From Anaerolineales bacterium (GTDB taxonomy: Bacteria > Chloroflexota > Anaerolineae > Anaerolineales > Villigracilaceae), in the NCBI GenBank assembly GCA_015075275.1, contig JABTUU010000001.1:1031216-1095215 (forward strand): a stretch of DNA of 64,000 nt. The letters are read 5' to 3'. Both the position numbers and the translations under genes were made by a program. Below are positions 59,613 through 64,000 of this stretch, piece after piece. How positions within the stretch are numbered: the first letter of the stretch is position 1; every line of letters starts with the position of its first letter. The notes under the pieces were generated by a model. It ran no database searches and was not told the origin of the DNA. It worked only from the letters and a program-made list of their open reading frames with translations.

Positions 59613-60935
59613 ATGAAAAATCATTCCCGTTCCATTTCGGCGATTCTATGTTTATTAGCCGCCTCAATTGCTTGCCGCCTGCCAGCGCGAGATGCTGCTG
59701 CTTCGCAAACAAGCGCACCTCCTCTCTTAACCGCAACTGCGCTCATCGCGCCGACCGGCACGCCAGCGCCCACTTCCGACAATCCTTTGCTCCTGCCCAA
59801 TAGCAAGCCCACACAGGCGCTGACAGGTTCGCCGATCCCCCATCTTGCCGCTGGGACTTCGATAGATATTACAAATATCCACATGGTTTCCGCTTCAGAC
59901 GGTTGGGCGATCGGCGGTCAAACCGCGGCTAGCGATCATATTTTTCGCACGCAAGACGGCGGCGCAACCTGGCGCGATGTCACTCCGCCTCAACCAATGC
60001 TCGGCACAGACGGCGCTCTTAACGCTCTGGGGTTCTTCATGGACGCGTCCACAGCATGGGTCGTCTACGGCGGATCTTATGGAACCGCGTTGCCAACCGA
60101 CGAGGCTGTCTTTTGGCGCACATCAGACGCGGGCACGACTTGGCAATACAGCACAGCGCCGCAACCATCGCCATCCGAAGCTTTCTCTCCTGCGCTATTC
60201 GCCTTCACCGATGCGCAACACGGCTGGCTGATGGTCGTCATTGGCGGCGGCATGATGCACCAATACGTCGCCCTCTATTCCACAAACGACAGCGGCGCAA
60301 ATTGGAACATGATCTTGGATCCGTCGTCAGAAGCGCCGATTCAGTCCTTTCCGAAAACCGCCATGGCGTTCGCCGACGCGCAAATCGGTTGGCTAACGCG
60401 CGACGCGCAAGGCGTATCAGATACGCCGCATTTATTCCGCACACAAGACGGCGGCATTAATTGGCGGCAAATTAATCTACCCGCGCCGTCGAGCGCTTCC
60501 AATTTGTTCAATGAGTATAGCTGCGGAACGTACGCGCTTTCACTGTTCGCGCCAGGCAGCGTTGTCGTAGCATTGAAGTGCTTAAGTAAAGCGGATTATC
60601 AGACGCAATCGAACTTCCAGTACGCTTCTACAGACAACGGTCAAACGTGGACAAGCCTGCCTTTGCCAAGCGATTATTCGATGAACGATGGAGACAGCCT
60701 CTATTACTTCGACGCGAACAACGGCTTTGCGTTCGGGCGCAACATTTATCGAACCTCCGATGGCGGCAAAACCTGGGCGTTTGTCAACAAAGTCAATTGG
60801 GACGGTCAATTTAATTTCGTTAATCTAATGACCGGTTGGGCGGTAGCGCGCACCGATGCGGATATCGCGTTAGTCGTCACAAATGACGGCGGAGCGCGCT
60901 GGAGCATCGTCAAACCGACGCTAGTCGCGCCGTAG
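59613..60935 (+). CDS. Lipoprotein with BNR/Asp-box (YCF48-like) beta-propeller
   Basis: Lipobox SIAC; repeated T.DGG.TW Asp-boxes. Confidence 0.82.
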   Translation: MKNHSRSISAILCLLAASIACRLPARDAAASQTSAPPLLTATALIAPTGTPAPTSDNPLLLPNSKPTQALTGSPIPHLAAGTSIDITNIHMVSASDGWAIGGQTAASDHIFRTQDGGATWRDVTPPQPMLGTDGALNALGFFMDASTAWVVYGGSYGTALPTDEAVFWRTSDAGTTWQYSTAPQPSPSEAFSPALFAFTDAQHGWLMVVIGGGMMHQYVALYSTNDSGANWNMILDPSSEAPIQSFPKTAMAFADAQIGWLTRDAQGVSDTPHLFRTQDGGINWRQINLPAPSSASNLFNEYSCGTYALSLFAPGSVVVALKCLSKADYQTQSNFQYASTDNGQTWTSLPLPSDYSMNDGDSLYYFDANNGFAFGRNIYRTSDGGKTWAFVNKVNWDGQFNFVNLMTGWAVARTDADIALVVTNDGGARWSIVKPTLVAP

Positions 60936-60948
60936 TTCGCAACAAAAA

Positions 60949-60981
60949 AGCCTCCATTTGCCCGATAGACAAATGGAGGCT
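60949..60981. terminator. Hairpin between convergent genes
   Basis: agcctccatttg / caaatggaggct. Confidence 0.7.
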
Positions 60982-60996
60982 CGTTCTAACTTAATA

Positions 60997-61647
60997 TTAC
61001 TTTTTTGCCGCCATCGCAGAAATTACTTGCAGGAGAGCGCCGCCCACCACTTGGCCCGATTGCTGTCGGTACGAGCTCTGCCCAAACGGTCCAGCCGCCA
61101 TCAACGCGCTCAAACCCGCCTGCAAATTATCCTGCCCTTGATTTTTCGCATTCATAAATGCCATACCAGCGTTGAGCAAGTCGCCTACGTCGAAGCCGGC
61201 ATTTTGCTGCGTTTGCTGCTGAGGCTGTTGCGCTTGCGTCACCGCGCCGAGAAGCGAGCCAAGCAAGTCCGCGCCCCCAGGCTGTTTTTGCGGCGGCTGG
61301 CTTCCGCCAAGCAACGCCTGTACAAGCGTCATCGCATTGTCCGCATTGAGAGATTTCTGCCCTTGAAGTTCTTGGGCGGCTAACGAAAGTCCCTGCGCAT
61401 ATACGCGCGACGAACCGCTGGTAGCGCGTTGCGAGAGCAGTTGACTGGCATGATCTAATTGTTGCGAAGGCGTCGAGTTTTTCTTCTCCGACACCGCCTG
61501 CGTAATCAAATTGAACAACTGCACCATATTATCGCCATGATCGCCGTTGTTCGTATCCGCCTTGTTTAATGTCTGTTGTTGCGCCGCAAGCGCTTGCGCC
61601 GCTGCGCCAAACAATGTCGTTAAGTCCATTCCTGTTTTTGAAGCCAT
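60997..61647 (-). CDS. DAK2/DhaL-like helical domain protein with Gln-rich tail
   Basis: LNKAD..NGDHGDNM resembles the DhaL ADP-binding motif; low-complexity Q/G C-terminus. Confidence 0.65.
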   Translation of the reverse strand: MASKTGMDLTTLFGAAAQALAAQQQTLNKADTNNGDHGDNMVQLFNLITQAVSEKKNSTPSQQLDHASQLLSQRATSGSSRVYAQGLSLAAQELQGQKSLNADNAMTLVQALLGGSQPPQKQPGGADLLGSLLGAVTQAQQPQQQTQQNAGFDVGDLLNAGMAFMNAKNQGQDNLQAGLSALMAAGPFGQSSYRQQSGQVVGGALLQVISAMAAKK

Positions 61648-61707
61648 GTGAAAAATTCCTTTCAAAATTATAGAGTATGCGCTGACAGTATATCAGGAAA
61701 TGCCCAA

Positions 61708-63186
61708 TTATAAATGTTCCAAAATTTCAATTGCGTTTCGCAATCGCCTCAAGGATTTCTCGCGTCCTATGATCTCCATGCTCTCAAAGAGCGGCGGGCT
61801 GACCTTCTGCCCGGTCACCGCCACGCGCAACACGCCGAAGATCTGATTCGCGCCTAGCCCGGACGATTCTACATAGGCGCGCATCGGCGCTTCAACGCTT
61901 TGGTGCGATAGATCGGGCAATGCGGATAGAATTCCTATGCATTTTCTGGCAATCTCAGCCGACTGTTTCGCATCAAGTCCTTTTGCGATCAAATCCGTCG
62001 GATTCGGCAACACGTCTTCTTTGAAGAAAAAGCCGGCAAACGCCAGACAATCGTCTAATGTGACAAGACGTTCGCGAATCAGCGGCGCAATTTTAAGCAG
62101 CATGTCATCTTCAACAGGCAAGCCCGCTGCGACAAAAAACGGCTTAATGCGCGTCATAAGATCGGCGTTCGACAACAAACGGATATGCGCTCCATTGAAA
62201 TAATCCAGACGCTGAAAGTTGATCGCCGCCGGCGAAGGAGTCAAAGTGTCAACATTAAAACGCCCAATCATTTGATCGAGAGACATCACATCGTCTTCAG
62301 CGACGCCCCAACCCATCAACGCGATCCAATTCAACGCGCCTTCAGGCGTGTACCCCAAATCTTTTAGATCGTCCACAAAAATAGAATGTCCATCTTTCAA
62401 TGCCTGTGCCGACTCGCGTTTGCTCATCTTGCCCTTCCCGCTCGGCTTGAGGAACACCGAAAGATGCGCCCACACAGGCTCGCCCCACCCGAAGGCGCGA
62501 ACGATATTCACATGCAATGGAAAGGTCGCCAGCCATTCCGAGCCGCGCAACACATGCGTAATCTCCATTTCATGGTCATCCACCATTGCGGCAAGATGGT
62601 AGGTAGGAAGTCCGTCCGACTTCATAATGATCCAATCGTCAAGATACTTATTCTCGGTGACGATATCTCCCCGCAAATGATCGTGAGCGATGGTCGCGCC
62701 TTCTTGCGGCATCTTAAATCGAATCACATATTTCTCCCCGCTCGCAACCCGCCTCGCCGCTTCATCGGGATCGAGCGCGCGGCATAAACCGTCATAGCGG
62801 ACGCGATCTGCCTTTCGCGCTTCCTGCTCTTTACGCGATCGTTCGAGTCTTTCAGGCGAGCAGAAACACGGATAAGCGCATCCTTTTTGAACCAGCTCGT
62901 TCGCGCGCTGATGATACAGTTCGCGCCTTTCTGTCTGACGATAAGGTCCGAATTTTCCGCCGCGCATCGGGCTTTCATCGGGCGCAATTCCCAGCCAGTC
63001 GAGGCTGCGTACAATCTCCTCTTCCGAGCCGGGCACGAATCGTTTTCGATCCGTATCTTCAAGACGCAAGATAAACTGCCCGCCAGTTTGCCGCGCAAGT
63101 AAATAATCAAAGAGCGCAGTGCGGGCGCTCCCCAAGTGGAATCGTCCTGTTGGCGATGGCGCCATTCGCGTGCGTGCTGGTTTCAA
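61708..63186 (-). CDS. gltX: Glutamate--tRNA ligase
   Basis: APSPTG..HLG, LRLEDTD, HVLRGSEW and KMSKR motifs; TTG start. Confidence 0.95.
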   Translation of the reverse strand: MKPARTRMAPSPTGRFHLGSARTALFDYLLARQTGGQFILRLEDTDRKRFVPGSEEEIVRSLDWLGIAPDESPMRGGKFGPYRQTERRELYHQRANELVQKGCAYPCFCSPERLERSRKEQEARKADRVRYDGLCRALDPDEAARRVASGEKYVIRFKMPQEGATIAHDHLRGDIVTENKYLDDWIIMKSDGLPTYHLAAMVDDHEMEITHVLRGSEWLATFPLHVNIVRAFGWGEPVWAHLSVFLKPSGKGKMSKRESAQALKDGHSIFVDDLKDLGYTPEGALNWIALMGWGVAEDDVMSLDQMIGRFNVDTLTPSPAAINFQRLDYFNGAHIRLLSNADLMTRIKPFFVAAGLPVEDDMLLKIAPLIRERLVTLDDCLAFAGFFFKEDVLPNPTDLIAKGLDAKQSAEIARKCIGILSALPDLSHQSVEAPMRAYVESSGLGANQIFGVLRVAVTGQKVSPPLFESMEIIGREKSLRRLRNAIEILEHL

Positions 63187-63205
63187 ATAAAATCTCCCGG
63201 TATTC

Positions 63206-64000
63206 TTAAAATTCCAACTGTCGGACCCGCATAGCGACGCTCTCTACGAGTCCGACGCTTAACATTAACGAAGTCAACCCACTCCCGCCGTAACTAAAGA
63301 AAGGCAACGGCAGCCCAGAGACCGGTACAATATTCAAGTTCACTCCAATGTTGACCATGCCTTGAAAGAAAATCAGCGTTGCAACGCCATATGCAATCGT
63401 CATCCCAGCGACATCGCGCGCTTTTTGCGCCGCGCGCATACAACGCCAAGCGATGACTACGATGATTATAAGCGCCAGCGCGGCGCCGGCAAAGCCAAAT
63501 TCCTCCGAAATCGCCGAAAAAATAAAGTCGGTATGACGGACTTTGAGAAAACGCAATTGCGTCTGCGTACCGTGACCGTATCCTTGTCCAAGGGCTCCGC
63601 CGGAGCCGATCGCGATCAATGCCTGTTGAACATTATACGTCGCGCCAAAAGTCGCGTTAGGATCGGGCAAAATAAAGTTCGCAATACGATCTTGCTGGTA
63701 CTCTTGCATGAATGGAATGCGAATGTTGTAATAAGTTAATACCACGACGCTTGCGAACACAAGGGAGCCAATTGCGCCAAAAACAAGCACATGCTTAACC
63801 TGCAGCCCATTGAACCATAACAATGCGCCTAAGATTACGCTCAGCACCACTACGTTGCTCAAGTTCGGCTGAAGCAGGATCAACAAGATAATGCCAGACG
63901 CCCACGCCCCCGCGCCAATTAACCAGCGTAGATCGCGCGGTCTGTCTTGCGTGACTTGAAAATAACGCGCTAAAACGAGGATGGCGACGATCTTTGCGAA
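63206..64000 (-). CDS. FtsW/RodA/SpoVE family SEDS protein, 5'-partial
   Basis: AIGSGG..GQG, HTDFIFSAISEEFG and GLPLPFFSYGGS motifs; frame open to the window end. Confidence 0.92.
   Translation of the reverse strand, partial: FAKIVAILVLARYFQVTQDRPRDLRWLIGAGAWASGIILLILLQPNLSNVVVLSVILGALLWFNGLQVKHVLVFGAIGSLVFASVVVLTYYNIRIPFMQEYQQDRIANFILPDPNATFGATYNVQQALIAIGSGGALGQGYGHGTQTQLRFLKVRHTDFIFSAISEEFGFAGAALALIIIVVIAWRCMRAAQKARDVAGMTIAYGVATLIFFQGMVNIGVNLNIVPVSGLPLPFFSYGGSGLTSLMLSVGLVESVAMRVRQLEF

Overview
64 kb of bacterial chromosome, roughly 55% GC. It is most likely Chloroflexota/Anaerolineae, inferred from Thr/Pro-linker lipoproteins, a sortase-fused secreted protein, a DNRLRE-type C-terminal domain and tRNAs without encoded CCA. 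Most of it is housekeeping: tRNA-His, glgA-glgC-malQ, msrB, sod, hisS, a full SUF Fe-S operon with a divergent SufR-like regulator, acyl-CoA dehydrogenases, a biotin-dependent carboxylase, a protealysin/emfourin pair, pckA, rpmF-fabD, secDF, tRNA-Gln/glnS, gltX and a partial rodA/ftsW. No integrase, transposase, reverse transcriptase or CRISPR array is visible. The most unusual parts are: (1) a secreted beta-helix protein with an LPATG motif directly upstream of its own fused sortase domain; (2) a tandem pair of mosaic surface-lipoprotein genes at 14.6-18.3 kb, with near-identical arms around a swapped variable segment and indels clustered at homopolymers; (3) a Lys/Ala-rich protein with a Tudor/Agenet-like barrel inside the suf operon, about 10 kb from a SET-domain methyltransferase; (4) dispersed 7-8 nt periodic repeats, one lying inside a coding sequence; and (5) a divergent stand-alone FabH-like ketosynthase. 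All product calls come from motif recognition only; no database searches were run.
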